DNA of 64,000 nt from Promethearchaeota archaeon (GCA_019058295.1 JAHPZI010000019.1:13005-77004), one strand, 5' to 3'; shown: positions 1 through 10,365, numbered from the stretch's first letter. Made by a program: numbers and translations. The notes: a model not told the origin generated them from the sequence alone.

Positions 1-625
1 AACATTAGCTAAAATCGCAAGAGAGATCCGTGTATTACAAAGAAATGAAATAGCAGAAATATTTGAACCATTTAAGAAAGGACAAGTAGGAAGTTCGACA
101 ATGCCTCATAAAAGAAACCCTCACAAATCGGAACGAATTTGTAGTTTAGCAAGAGTGGTAAAATCTAACATAATTCCCGCGTTAGATAATATGGTTTTAG
201 AGGATGAACGTGATTTAACAAATTCAGCCTCAGAGAGAGTCATATTTGCCGAAAATTTCGTATTTTTAGATTTTATGATAAACGAATTAACGAAAATTCT
301 TCAAGGTCTCGAATTTGACGAAGAAAAAATAGAGGAAAACCTCAATCTTACAAAAGGCGCTTGCTTGGCTGAAAAAATTATGGTGGAATTAGTTAATAAA
401 GGACTTGGGAGACAAGAAGGGCATGAAATTTTAAGGCAAGCGGCAATAAAGGCCCGAAATGAGAACTTATATATGAAAGATATTTTAATAGAAGATAAAA
501 AAATTAAGAATTTATTTTCAAAAGAAGAATTAGATGAAATATTAGACCCTCATAAATATATTGGGAAAGCAATTGAACAAACAGAAAATTTAATAAAATT
601 TCTGAAAAATAAATATAAAGATTAA
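1..625 (+). CDS. purB: Adenylosuccinate lyase, 5'-truncated by the window edge
   Basis: Frame is open from position 2 (TLAKIAREIRVLQRNEIAE...GSSTMPHKRNP), containing the fumarase-family signature GSSxMPHKxNP; followed by purM. Confidence 0.95.
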   Translation, partial: TLAKIAREIRVLQRNEIAEIFEPFKKGQVGSSTMPHKRNPHKSERICSLARVVKSNIIPALDNMVLEDERDLTNSASERVIFAENFVFLDFMINELTKILQGLEFDEEKIEENLNLTKGACLAEKIMVELVNKGLGRQEGHEILRQAAIKARNENLYMKDILIEDKKIKNLFSKEELDEILDPHKYIGKAIEQTENLIKFLKNKYKD

Positions 626-626
626 G

Positions 627-1811
627 ATGCCTGATAATAATAATCTTTATTCTAAATTAGGCGTGTCATCTAAAAAAGAGGATGTTCATAAAGCAATTGA
701 AAAGTTAGATAAAGGGCTATTCCCTGGTGCTTTTTGTAAAATAATGCCTTTTGATATTTCTGGAAGACCAGAATTTTGTTCAATATTTCATGCAGATGGA
801 GCCGGAACAAAATCCAGTTTAGCATACATGTATTACAAAGAAACAGGAGATATATCTGTGTTTAAAGGTATCGTCAGAGATGCTATGGTAATGAATATTG
901 ACGATTTATTATGTGTAGGTGCTACAGGAAATATTTACTTCTCAAATAACCTTGGAAGAAATAGGAACTTTATAAAAGGAGATATAGTTGCAACAATTAT
1001 ACAAGAGTACTATGCGTATAGTGAAAAATTAACCTCGCTTGGATTACCAGTAACGATTTGCGGAGGGGAAACTGCTGATATTGGAGATTTAGTTAAAACC
1101 CTTGTTGTTGACGCATCAGCATTCACATTTATGAAAAAAGAAAATGTAATTGACGCAAGTAATATTAGGGCTGACGATGTTGTTGTGGGTTTAGCTAGTT
1201 TTGGAAAAGCTTCATATGAAGAAGAATACAATAGCGGGATTGGAAGTAATGGATTGACATTAGCGCGACACGGCACACTCTCTCATGAGTATAATGAAAA
1301 GTATCCAGAATGTTATGATCAGAATCTTGACGAGAAATATGTTTTTTATGGCAAACATAAGTTAACAGATATGATTGATGAGATTAATTTAAGCATAGGA
1401 AAAGCTTTATTATCGCCGACAAGAACATATACTCCAGTGATCATAGATATTTTAAAGAATTACAGAAAAGAAATTCACGGAATAATTCATAACACTGGTG
1501 GAGGCCAAACTAAAATATTAAACTTTGGACATGGTATAAAATATATCAAAAATAATCTTTTTATGATTCCGAAAATATTTGAAATTATTCAGAAATCGTC
1601 TGAAATCAATTGGAAAGAGATGTATAGCGTATTTAATATGGGTCATAGAATGGAACTCTTATGCAACGAATCAATAGCACAAGAGATTATTCAAATTGCG
1701 AAAAAATTTAATATTGACTCTAAAATTATAGGACATTGTGAAAAATCCCCTACAAAAGGTAAAAATGTTTTAGAAATAAAGTCTGAATTTGGTACTTATA
1801 ATTATGATTAG
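627..1811 (+). CDS. purM: Phosphoribosylformylglycinamidine cyclo-ligase (AIR synthase)
   Basis: HADGAGTKS, MNIDDLLCVGA, GGETAD, GIGSNGLT and VFNMG motifs. Confidence 0.9.
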   Translation: MPDNNNLYSKLGVSSKKEDVHKAIEKLDKGLFPGAFCKIMPFDISGRPEFCSIFHADGAGTKSSLAYMYYKETGDISVFKGIVRDAMVMNIDDLLCVGATGNIYFSNNLGRNRNFIKGDIVATIIQEYYAYSEKLTSLGLPVTICGGETADIGDLVKTLVVDASAFTFMKKENVIDASNIRADDVVVGLASFGKASYEEEYNSGIGSNGLTLARHGTLSHEYNEKYPECYDQNLDEKYVFYGKHKLTDMIDEINLSIGKALLSPTRTYTPVIIDILKNYRKEIHGIIHNTGGGQTKILNFGHGIKYIKNNLFMIPKIFEIIQKSSEINWKEMYSVFNMGHRMELLCNESIAQEIIQIAKKFNIDSKIIGHCEKSPTKGKNVLEIKSEFGTYNYD

Positions 1812-1825
1812 GGGATTAAAAAGTT

Positions 1826-2779
1826 ATGAAAGATTTAGATGTTATTTGTATAGGTGCGGCTCTCGTTGACATGGTCGCCAAAGTAGAGAGGCATCCTCTA
1901 AATGATGATGAAGTTTTTGTATCAGATTTAAAGTTATTATCAGGAGGAGCCGCTGCTAATACTGCCTATGCCTGTGCTAAATTAGGATTAAAAACCGCAT
2001 TCATCGGAAAATTAGGACCTCATGATGGATTTAGCGATAAAATCATCAACGATTTTAAAGATGTGTCTTTAGATACTTCGTTAATAAAATATTCCAGTGA
2101 ACAGGGGACAGGTTCAGCATATGTAGCTTTAAATCCTCAGGGTGATCGGAGAATTTATGCTCATAGTGGTGCGGCAAATTTCCTTTCTAAGGAAGATATT
2201 GTATTAAAAGAGATAACAAGAGCTAAGATAATTTATTTAAGTAGTTTAAAAAATTTGGAACCCTTAATTAAAGCTGCTGAAATTGCTAGAAAAAGCGATA
2301 TTACTGTTATTTTAAATCCAGGTATGTTGATAATTGACCAAGAACTCGATAATATAAAACCATTACTCGAAAAAATTGATATACTCATATTGTCCCAAAC
2401 AGAGTATATATCGCTATTGAACATTCAAGAACCAGAATTGAATGAGAAAATCATTTTAGAATCCTCAAATACTCTTTCAAAGTTAGGCATCAAAGTAATT
2501 ATTATTACAATGGGTAGTAAAGGAGCCTTCCTAATGAATAGAAAAGAATCAACAATAATTTCAGCAAGTAAAATTGGAGATGTAGTTGATACTACCGGGG
2601 CAGGCGATGCTTTTTCAGCAGGTTTTATTTACAAATTCGTTCAAGATTTAAGTTATGACTTTGAGCAACTTAAATTCAATGTGGAATTTGGCAATCTTAT
2701 TGCTGGAAAGTGTATCCAAAAGTTAGGTGCCAGAAACGGAATTCCTACAAATAAAGAACTAATAGGTTTTCTTGATTAA
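1826..2779 (+). CDS. PfkB/ribokinase-family carbohydrate or nucleoside kinase
   Basis: GGAAANTA and DTTGAGDAF signatures. Confidence 0.9.
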   Translation: MKDLDVICIGAALVDMVAKVERHPLNDDEVFVSDLKLLSGGAAANTAYACAKLGLKTAFIGKLGPHDGFSDKIINDFKDVSLDTSLIKYSSEQGTGSAYVALNPQGDRRIYAHSGAANFLSKEDIVLKEITRAKIIYLSSLKNLEPLIKAAEIARKSDITVILNPGMLIIDQELDNIKPLLEKIDILILSQTEYISLLNIQEPELNEKIILESSNTLSKLGIKVIIITMGSKGAFLMNRKESTIISASKIGDVVDTTGAGDAFSAGFIYKFVQDLSYDFEQLKFNVEFGNLIAGKCIQKLGARNGIPTNKELIGFLD

Positions 2780-2856
2780 AATCAAATAAAAAAGTTTATA
2801 ATTTCTTAAATTAATAATTCTTTATTTAGAATAATTGCGTTTGAATTAAAGCTACA

Positions 2857-3921
2857 ATGGAGACAAGTAATAATACAAAGAAAAAAATTGTGGTTGATAG
2901 GGGGAGATTCGTTCTTGAAGTCATGATAGTTTTTTTCGGAATCTGTCTGTTTATGATTATTCCTTTCTTTATCTTACCCTCGCTTATTGATAAAAAATCT
3001 ATTTTATATGGTCCGTTATATTATTTATTAAGAGCACTGGGGATTTTAATTGCGATTCCTATATTGTTGTTTCTTCTAAATAAAATTATAGATTCACAGA
3101 AAAATAACGTTATTGTGGAGGATGACTCGAGCCCTGTTTCAAGGTTTTTAAACCTTTACTCTGTTACTGGAGGAGACTTTAAAGAACAATTGTTATATGG
3201 GATTTTAATTTTATTTATAGTTTTCATACCATTAGATTTTCTTACTTATTTTTTAATTCCTGAAATGCTTGAATTCACAGGCAACGTCTTATCAACACAA
3301 GCAACAGATGCTTACTTATTACGGGGGTATTTTGTTTTTCTCTTTTCAGTTATAATAATTCAAATTAGTGTTGCGATATACGAAGAATCTCTCACAAGAG
3401 GATTTTTAACAATGAGAGGTGGTGAATATTTTCATAAAATATCCGCTGTAATTATATCCTCTTTATACTTTGGTCTAATGCACTTCCTCTATTTCTTTCA
3501 TCCCATCAGTAGAAATTATCCTGTTTGGTTCCCGCTTATATGGTTTCTACAGACTTTTATTGTTGGAATAATGTTATCTATTTTAATTGTAAAAAAGAAA
3601 AGAATTTGGCCGGTAATTCTTGCTCATGCATTAAACAATATAATATCTGCACACGCCGTATGGAATTATCTTCAAGGTAACGATTTTAGTTTAGTAGCAA
3701 TTTACCTCTATCTTCCATTATTAATAATCAGTGCGGTTTTGTTTATAATTTATCTTCCAAGGATTAAGCAAGGAATATCAACGGGATTTAAAGAGTTTAA
3801 AACATACTTCAAAAAAGACGGACTCATTGGAGAGTCAAAAAGCGATTTTTATTTTCGCGTTTTTTTTGATTTTTTAATAGGGTTATTGATTTTAATTATA
3901 GGGCTTTTTTTTCTGATATAA
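2857..3921 (+). CDS. CPBP (Abi/CAAX Rce1-like) intramembrane metalloprotease
   Basis: Multi-TM protein with EExxxR (YEESLTRG), FGLMH and HALNN motifs. Confidence 0.85.
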   Translation: METSNNTKKKIVVDRGRFVLEVMIVFFGICLFMIIPFFILPSLIDKKSILYGPLYYLLRALGILIAIPILLFLLNKIIDSQKNNVIVEDDSSPVSRFLNLYSVTGGDFKEQLLYGILILFIVFIPLDFLTYFLIPEMLEFTGNVLSTQATDAYLLRGYFVFLFSVIIIQISVAIYEESLTRGFLTMRGGEYFHKISAVIISSLYFGLMHFLYFFHPISRNYPVWFPLIWFLQTFIVGIMLSILIVKKKRIWPVILAHALNNIISAHAVWNYLQGNDFSLVAIYLYLPLLIISAVLFIIYLPRIKQGISTGFKEFKTYFKKDGLIGESKSDFYFRVFFDFLIGLLILIIGLFFLI

Positions 3922-3935
3922 AGGAGGTATAATTA

Positions 3936-4463
3936 ATGGTTAAATTTGGCATCATTTCTGACACACACATTAAAAAAAACGATGAACCTGAAAAAATTTT
4001 GGCTTTATTAGAACAATTACGACTAGCTTTTAAAGATGTTGACGAAATAATTCACGCAGGTGATGTATGCGACGAAATTTTTTTAGAAAAATTAAATGAA
4101 ATAGCTCCTACAAAATGCGTAAAAGGAAACATGGATAAAATTAAACATCTAGAAGATTTCATTAGATTTTCCGTTGGTAGATATAACATTGGTGTTATTC
4201 ATGAATTGCCTGAAAATGTTGAAAATTTTTGTAAAGAAAATAATATTAACATACTGATTCATGCACATACCCATATCTGTAAGATAGAAGGGACTAAATT
4301 TAATACTTTAATTTTAAATCCCGGTTCTCCAACAAAACCAAAACCTCCCCCTCAGAAAAGAGGATTTGAAAAGCCCCTAGCAAGACCTAGCGTAATTCTC
4401 TTAGAGATTGATGAAAATGACATTCTAAAAACATTTGTAGTTAACCTTAATTTAAAGATTTAA
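3936..4463 (+). CDS. YfcE/Vps29-like metallophosphoesterase
   Basis: ISDTH, HAGD, GNMD, HAHTH and NPGS motifs; GGAGGT SD upstream. Confidence 0.85.
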   Translation: MVKFGIISDTHIKKNDEPEKILALLEQLRLAFKDVDEIIHAGDVCDEIFLEKLNEIAPTKCVKGNMDKIKHLEDFIRFSVGRYNIGVIHELPENVENFCKENNINILIHAHTHICKIEGTKFNTLILNPGSPTKPKPPPQKRGFEKPLARPSVILLEIDENDILKTFVVNLNLKI

Positions 4464-4669
4464 TCTATAAATCCGGCAGCCATTTCTGGACATTATTATA
4501 TCCTTGTTCAATCTTTTGGTAAATTAAAAGCGATGGAATAACCGGAGATTATGGTACTTTCGAAATGCTTTGTAAAATTTAATAATTAAATATATAGAAA
4601 AAATAAGTTAATATTAAATATAGTTAATTTCTTATTATACTAAGAAAATAAAAGCGAGGTATTCAAAAT

Positions 4670-5065
4670 ATGGTTTCAAGATTAGAAATGGTTCTCAAAG
4701 AATTAAACGAAAATGGAAATTTTCGAGCATCCCTCTTTTCTACCTCGACAGGACTTGTCTTAGCATCACAGAAAGATGAAGATGTTGACGAAAGAGTAGT
4801 CGCAGCAATGGGATCACTGTTAAGTGATGCTGCTATAAAGGCCGCAGAAGAAATGGATTTGAGTGAGCCCACAGTTATGAAAATCTTCTATAAGAAGGAT
4901 TTTATTATATGTAAAAATATTGCAATTAATAGTGATACATCATTTTTATTGGCAGTTCTTTCAAAATTACCTGATTCCGATGAAGTGGAAAAATATATAG
5001 ACCAATTGCTTCAATGGGCCATGGATAACAGTCTAGATGATTTAAAAAAACTTTCAAGTATCTAA
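4670..5065 (+). CDS. Roadblock/LC7 domain protein
   Basis: 131 aa with the pattern TSTGLVLAS...DVDERVVAAMGSLL typical of Roadblock/MglB. Confidence 0.8.
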   Translation: MVSRLEMVLKELNENGNFRASLFSTSTGLVLASQKDEDVDERVVAAMGSLLSDAAIKAAEEMDLSEPTVMKIFYKKDFIICKNIAINSDTSFLLAVLSKLPDSDEVEKYIDQLLQWAMDNSLDDLKKLSSI

Positions 5066-5180
5066 TATCTTAATAATTTTTACGTGTCTATTTATTCCTA
5101 ATAATTATTTTTCCATATTCTAATTCCTTTTATATTTCATAACTATAACTTATAAAAGTAATAGTTTCGTTTGAAGAATT

Positions 5181-6218
5181 ATGAAGGCTGCTTTTATAAA
5201 TAACCATGGAGATTTGGAACAAATTCAATTTGGAGAACTTGATATTCCTAAGATAGGTCCAAATGAAGTTCTAATTGAGAGTAAATTTAGTGCATTAAAC
5301 CACTTAGATATATTTGTTGTAAGGGGATGGCCGGGATTAAAGCTGACTATGCCTCATGTAATCGGAGCTGATGGGTGTGGAGTCATAAAGGAAGTCGGAT
5401 CCGCAGTTACAGATGTATCTGAAGGTGATAGAATTACAATTAATCCTGGTATCAGCTGTGGAAAATGTGAAATGTGTCTTTCCGGACAACAAGTGTTTTG
5501 TAGATCATTTTCTATTAAAGGAGAGCATCAATGGGGTACTTTCGCAGAATATTTTAAAATGCCTGAAATTAATGTTTTAAAAATACCCGACGCATATCCT
5601 TTCGATAAAGCAGCTGCTGCACCATTAACTTTTTTGACTGCATGGAGAATGCTTAGAACACAAGCGAACGTGAAACCTGATGAATTTGTATTTATCCATG
5701 GAGCGGGAGGAGGTGTAGCCACAGCAGCTATACAAATTGCTAAATATTTAGGAGCAAAAGTGATCACAACAACAAGTACATCTGAAAAGATCGAGAAAGC
5801 AAAAGAATTGGGAGCAGATCATGTTATCAATTATAAAGAAATGAAAGATTATAGTAAATATGTTTTTATTGATTTAACAAAAAGACGAGGAATTGATGTT
5901 GTTATAGATAATGTTGGACAAACTACTTTTCCAACAAGTGTACGCTTATTAAGACCTGGTGGTCGTTTGGTTACATGCGGAGCAACAACAGGACCTAAAG
6001 CAGAAATTATGATCAATCAAATATTTTGGAAACAACTCGAAATAAAAGGGTCAACTATGGCAAATCAAGGTGAATTCCGTGAAGTAATGAAGCTGGTTTT
6101 AGATGGAAAGATAACTCCTATTATTGATAAAATTTTTCCATTAGAACAAGCGAGAGATGCTGAAAAGTATTTAAATGACGCAAACAAGTTTGGAAAGGTA
6201 TTATTAAAAATTGATTAA
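5181..6218 (+). CDS. Zinc-binding MDR alcohol dehydrogenase / quinone oxidoreductase
   Basis: CGKCEMC...C structural Zn site; GAGGGVA nucleotide-binding loop. Confidence 0.9.
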   Translation: MKAAFINNHGDLEQIQFGELDIPKIGPNEVLIESKFSALNHLDIFVVRGWPGLKLTMPHVIGADGCGVIKEVGSAVTDVSEGDRITINPGISCGKCEMCLSGQQVFCRSFSIKGEHQWGTFAEYFKMPEINVLKIPDAYPFDKAAAAPLTFLTAWRMLRTQANVKPDEFVFIHGAGGGVATAAIQIAKYLGAKVITTTSTSEKIEKAKELGADHVINYKEMKDYSKYVFIDLTKRRGIDVVIDNVGQTTFPTSVRLLRPGGRLVTCGATTGPKAEIMINQIFWKQLEIKGSTMANQGEFREVMKLVLDGKITPIIDKIFPLEQARDAEKYLNDANKFGKVLLKID

Positions 6219-6224
6219 AATCTT

Positions 6225-6860
6225 TTATAATATTGATTTGAAAAAGTTAAATACTTCAAATGCCACCTCGTCTTCATGTCCCCAATAAAAATGATCCGCT
6301 CCATTAATAATTCTATATTCCTTAGGATCCTGATATGTATCATAGTGAGTTTTAAATTTATCATATCGAGCAATGTCGTCCCTATCACCTTGTAAAAATA
6401 ACTTAGGTTTATCAGATTGGGATAGTTTCTTATATTTATGACCCATGAAATCCCATGGAAACGAGATTGCAGCAAATCCAACAATTTTTTCAGAATAATT
6501 TACAGCTGAACAACCCATTGCTGCTCCATATGAATATCCGCAGATAAAGATTTTCTCAATCTTTTTTTCATTAATTAAAAAATCGACACAAGCTTTTACA
6601 TCGCTTATTTCCCCTCTTCCACTTGAGTGTTCTCCGCTTGATTCTCCAACAGCCCTAAAGTTAAATCTTAAACTTGAAATATTATTTTTAATAAAAATAT
6701 TAAAGACTCCTGTAACTACGTTGTTCCACATATTTCCTCCAAACTGCGGATGTGGATGACAGATAATTATTGCTGAATCTTCTACTGTTTTTGATGGGTA
6801 ATATTCTGCCTCAAGTTTAATATTTTCATTAATTATAAATATTTTTTCTGTTCCTACCAT
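6225..6860 (-). CDS. Alpha/beta hydrolase
   Basis: CHPHPQFGG, FNFRAVG, GYSYG nucleophile elbow, QGDRDD and ADHF motifs. Confidence 0.9.
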   Translation of the reverse strand: MVGTEKIFIINENIKLEAEYYPSKTVEDSAIIICHPHPQFGGNMWNNVVTGVFNIFIKNNISSLRFNFRAVGESSGEHSSGRGEISDVKACVDFLINEKKIEKIFICGYSYGAAMGCSAVNYSEKIVGFAAISFPWDFMGHKYKKLSQSDKPKLFLQGDRDDIARYDKFKTHYDTYQDPKEYRIINGADHFYWGHEDEVAFEVFNFFKSIL

Positions 6861-6917
6861 AATTTTATTTATTTGTTGATCTTATTAAAATTAAGGCATA
6901 AAAGAGTGTTGGGAAGA

Positions 6918-7772
6918 ATGAGCTATAATAGATTCATATTAGAGAAGAAATTAAAGGAATATTTAGAAGAAGATTGTCAATTTCAAGACGTAAGTTCAAG
7001 TTTTATACCGGAAGATGCTGAAAGTTCGGCGAAAATTAAAGCAAAAAGTAATGGATATATTTCCGGACTGGAGGAATTAGAAATTTTATTCGAACTATTG
7101 GAAATTACCATAGATCTCAAGAAAAAAGATGGAGACGAAATTAAAAAAGGCGATATAATAGCAGAATTAAAAGGAAATGCAAAAAAAATATTAATCGGAG
7201 AGAGAGTTGGGCTTAACCTCCTAACACATATGAGCGCAATTACGACAACTACACGAAAATTTGTAAATATTATTGAAGAGACGGGAAAAAACGTGAGGAT
7301 AGCAGCAACAAGAAAAACTATTCCAGGTCTTCGAATTTTTGAAAAGCGAGCTGTTGATTTAGGTGGCGGAGATACACACCGTTTCTCTCTAGATGATATG
7401 ATACTTTTAAAAGACACTCATTTAAGATATTATACAGGAGATGTCGCAGATCTTTTAAAGGATGTAAAAAAGAAGGCAAGCTTTTCTAAAAAAATAGAAA
7501 TTGAAATTGAAAAAGTAGAAGATGCTATAGTTGCGGCAAAAAATGGCGCAGACATTATAATGCTAGATAATATGAGTCCTATTAAGGTAGAAGACGCAAT
7601 AAATTCACTAAAAAATAACAAATTAAGGGATAAAGTAATTATTGAAGTTTCAGGAAGTATAAAATCAGAAAATCTCATCGACTATCTACATTCAGAGCCA
7701 GACGTAATAAGTACTAGTGAATTGACATTATTCCCCTCTGAACACGTAGATTTTTCGCTTCGGTTTGATTAA
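6918..7772 (+). CDS. nadC: Nicotinate-nucleotide pyrophosphorylase (quinolinate phosphoribosyltransferase)
   Basis: TRKT, HR...LKDTH, EIE and IMLDN motifs; ATG at 6918 preferred over TTG at 6873. Confidence 0.95.
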   Translation: MSYNRFILEKKLKEYLEEDCQFQDVSSSFIPEDAESSAKIKAKSNGYISGLEELEILFELLEITIDLKKKDGDEIKKGDIIAELKGNAKKILIGERVGLNLLTHMSAITTTTRKFVNIIEETGKNVRIAATRKTIPGLRIFEKRAVDLGGGDTHRFSLDDMILLKDTHLRYYTGDVADLLKDVKKKASFSKKIEIEIEKVEDAIVAAKNGADIIMLDNMSPIKVEDAINSLKNNKLRDKVIIEVSGSIKSENLIDYLHSEPDVISTSELTLFPSEHVDFSLRFD

Positions 7773-7783
7773 ATTTATTAAAT

Positions 7784-8176
7784 TCATTCAATGACTAATT
7801 CGTGAATAGAACAAATAACATCTTTTATTTTAGCTAGTGAATTCTTTAAATCCTTTATAAGACCAAATTCTCCCACAGCTAAGATGACTTCAATTTTCTT
7901 CTCAGCGATGCGCCAATCTGTCGCTGTTTTTATTATTTGGCGAAATTTAGAATAAATTTCAGATATTTGATCAATAATCACTTCTTTGAACGGATAGACT
8001 AAACTAATAGTCGTTATTTTATATCCTTCTTTCTTATCGAATTTTTCTTGGTTTTCAATGAAATTAACGATAGCACCTCTTAGAGCTTCACTTTTAGAGT
8101 TAAAACCACTTAAAGTGCGAATTTTTTCGAATCTTTCTAATAACTCGTCACTCACTTGCAATGATATTATCGGCAT
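7784..8176 (-). CDS. NikR-like RHH/ACT transcriptional regulator lacking nickel ligands
   Basis: N-terminal RHH (IISLQVSDELLERF...SKSEALR) plus an ACT-like domain. Confidence 0.75.
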   Translation of the reverse strand: MPIISLQVSDELLERFEKIRTLSGFNSKSEALRGAIVNFIENQEKFDKKEGYKITTISLVYPFKEVIIDQISEIYSKFRQIIKTATDWRIAEKKIEVILAVGEFGLIKDLKNSLAKIKDVICSIHELVIE

Positions 8177-8239
8177 TATAAACTCATTAAGGAAATGCTT
8201 GTAAATAAGTTTTATTCTGAATTTATTATAAAAAAAATT

Positions 8240-9310
8240 TTATTTTGGTTCTTTTCTTGGTATTCTTTCATCAATAGGCAACAGAGGAGTAAATTTTTTA
8301 TGTGGTTCTAATTGATACCAATATGCTGTTGATGAATAGTCATCCGAACGCTGATTAGCATGGCCATGTTCGATTTTAACTTTAATATTTTTATGGAAGT
8401 AGATGGGATCTTCTATATGATATCTGTAATAAGACATGTACCTCCATTGTTTTTTACCGGATAATATGATACCAAAATATGGAGAACAATAATACTGTGT
8501 GGGACACCATGCTGTACAGAAATAATCTTCTGTACCAGTGCCATAAATCTTTATTTCTCCATCATCTATCTCTATGTAATCATCGCCCTCTCCAGGCCAA
8601 TTGATCCTAGCCACCAGTTTCTTCTTATCATGTTTCTTCGTATCAAATAAATTATGTATGTCTAAATGACATCCTACATAATGACCTTCTCCCTCAGCCT
8701 CTAATATTAAATAATCATTCTCATGTGTCGGATTCTTTTTATGATGTTTCTGGATTCTACGAGCCGTTTCGTAATTATCTCCTGGACATTCTTTTACTCT
8801 GTTCCAAAATACATGAAACCTTCCATAATTATCATCTAATTCAGGATATTCTTCATAATCAATATAAAAATAGCAGATTAGATGCGCATCTGTTTCATTG
8901 TCAACTTCAATTCTTGCATTGTCTGAAAATGGCATTGGAAAAAAACAATTGAAACTTTTACCATCTTGAGGTGCCATAGCAAGTGGTAAACTCCAAAAAT
9001 TTTTAGTTTTACCATGCCCCATTCCAAAAAAATCTCCAATGGGGCACTCCACAGAGGGGTTCTCTTCGTTATCCCACCACATCCGAATTACAATTTTTCT
9101 TAAGTAATCGCGATCTCTCGAGGCGAGTGTCATCCATATATGCTTTATGCATCCAGCTCCACTAATATTACATATTTCATGTTTTTGCATTGCTTCTATC
9201 AAGTGAAAATCTACATTTGCTCCAGTTTTATCATAACTCGAAATTCGCTTTCTTTTAAAATTTTTTCTTATTCTTGCTAAATTTGCCAATGAATTTGGAC
9301 CAATATTCAT
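8240..9310 (-). CDS. DUF2961 / GH172-family glycoside hydrolase
   Basis: SSYDxTGxNxD, PIGDFFG, PMPF, GEGD, GTGTEDYF and EHGHAN motifs. Confidence 0.85.
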   Translation of the reverse strand: MNIGPNSLANLARIRKNFKRKRISSYDKTGANVDFHLIEAMQKHEICNISGAGCIKHIWMTLASRDRDYLRKIVIRMWWDNEENPSVECPIGDFFGMGHGKTKNFWSLPLAMAPQDGKSFNCFFPMPFSDNARIEVDNETDAHLICYFYIDYEEYPELDDNYGRFHVFWNRVKECPGDNYETARRIQKHHKKNPTHENDYLILEAEGEGHYVGCHLDIHNLFDTKKHDKKKLVARINWPGEGDDYIEIDDGEIKIYGTGTEDYFCTAWCPTQYYCSPYFGIILSGKKQWRYMSYYRYHIEDPIYFHKNIKVKIEHGHANQRSDDYSSTAYWYQLEPHKKFTPLLPIDERIPRKEPK

Positions 9311-9359
9311 GTTAATCAAATTATTTATTTTGTTGTAGAATGATTATAATTTATCTGTA

Positions 9360-9395
9360 ATAATACTATCCATTCCATCAAGTGGATAATATTAT
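9360..9395. promoter_or_regulatory. Inverted repeat (13-bp arms, 1 mismatch, 10-nt spacer); possible operator or hairpin
   Basis: ATAATACTATCCA-N10-TGGATAATATTAT upstream of the GH172 gene. Confidence 0.35.
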
Positions 9396-9414
9396 GAAAA
9401 AAATAAAAAGGAAT

Positions 9415-9460
9415 TATTTTTTTCTCATTCCTCTATTAACATTAGCCTTTCAAATTGTTC
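9415..9460. repeat. Direct repeat copy A: remnant of the sulfatase 3' end
   Basis: 44/46 nt identical to 10366-10411; encodes EQFERLMLIEE* on the minus strand. Confidence 0.9.
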
Positions 9461-9540
9461 GGCATCATCTTAAAAAGACTAAATTCAAATGATTTCTATT
9501 GAATAAAAACTTAAATATCAGATAAATTTAATAAATATTC

Positions 9541-10290
9541 ATGGATCTAAATTTTTTTCAAACTGTTCAAGGAATATGTGCTTTAATCTTTGTTATTTTC
9601 ACTTTTATTTTAGCATTAATAATTATTATAAAATATTTTGAATTTAAAGATTTTAAACTTCTTCTCGTAGGAACCGCGATTATTGGGTTATCGATGCCCT
9701 ATGTTCCGGATTCAATAATGTTTTTCATTATAGTTTCCACACAAGGTAATCTTTCTGATGCTTACTATCTTGAAACCCTTATTATTTTAGTTGCTGTAAC
9801 TACATTTATCTCCTCGATAAGTGTCTTCTGTTGGGTATACGCCATCGCAGAATTTATTGGATTAGACAAAACAAAACAGAAAAAAGTTCTTTTACTATAC
9901 ACTGTGGCGATGATCGTTTTCTTTGTCCTCTATTTTACATTTTTAATAATTGATATCAGAGTCGTTACTTATTTCCACGGACCCTTTGATTATCAATGGG
10001 GGTTGTTAGCGATAATTTATTTTATTACAGTATTATTTATATTACTCATAGGGGCTTTAATCTTTGTAGGAATAGCAATTAAGACGCAAAATCCCGAAGC
10101 AAAATTAAAAGCAAAATTTTTACTAATTGGATCTGTATCCTATATCATTGCGACCATTCTCCCATTTTTCGTATATACCATAGAAATGTTAATTATATCA
10201 AGAATAATTCTAATTATTTGCTCAATTTTAATTTATATAGGATTTATCCTTCCAGATTCATTGAAAAAGAGATGGCTTAAACAAACTTAA
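9541..10290 (+). CDS. Hypothetical 7-TM membrane protein
   Basis: 249 aa with about seven hydrophobic segments. Confidence 0.8.
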   Translation: MDLNFFQTVQGICALIFVIFTFILALIIIIKYFEFKDFKLLLVGTAIIGLSMPYVPDSIMFFIIVSTQGNLSDAYYLETLIILVAVTTFISSISVFCWVYAIAEFIGLDKTKQKKVLLLYTVAMIVFFVLYFTFLIIDIRVVTYFHGPFDYQWGLLAIIYFITVLFILLIGALIFVGIAIKTQNPEAKLKAKFLLIGSVSYIIATILPFFVYTIEMLIISRIILIICSILIYIGFILPDSLKKRWLKQT

Positions 10291-10365
10291 TTGTTTTTCT
10301 AATTATAATCTTGTTACATCATAGATCAATTAGTTCATCATAAATAAATAAATAAATAAAAGATC

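Noticed and set aside
10340-10360. (TAAA)n microsatellite
   Set aside because: Short AT-rich tract between convergent genes, probably terminator-related
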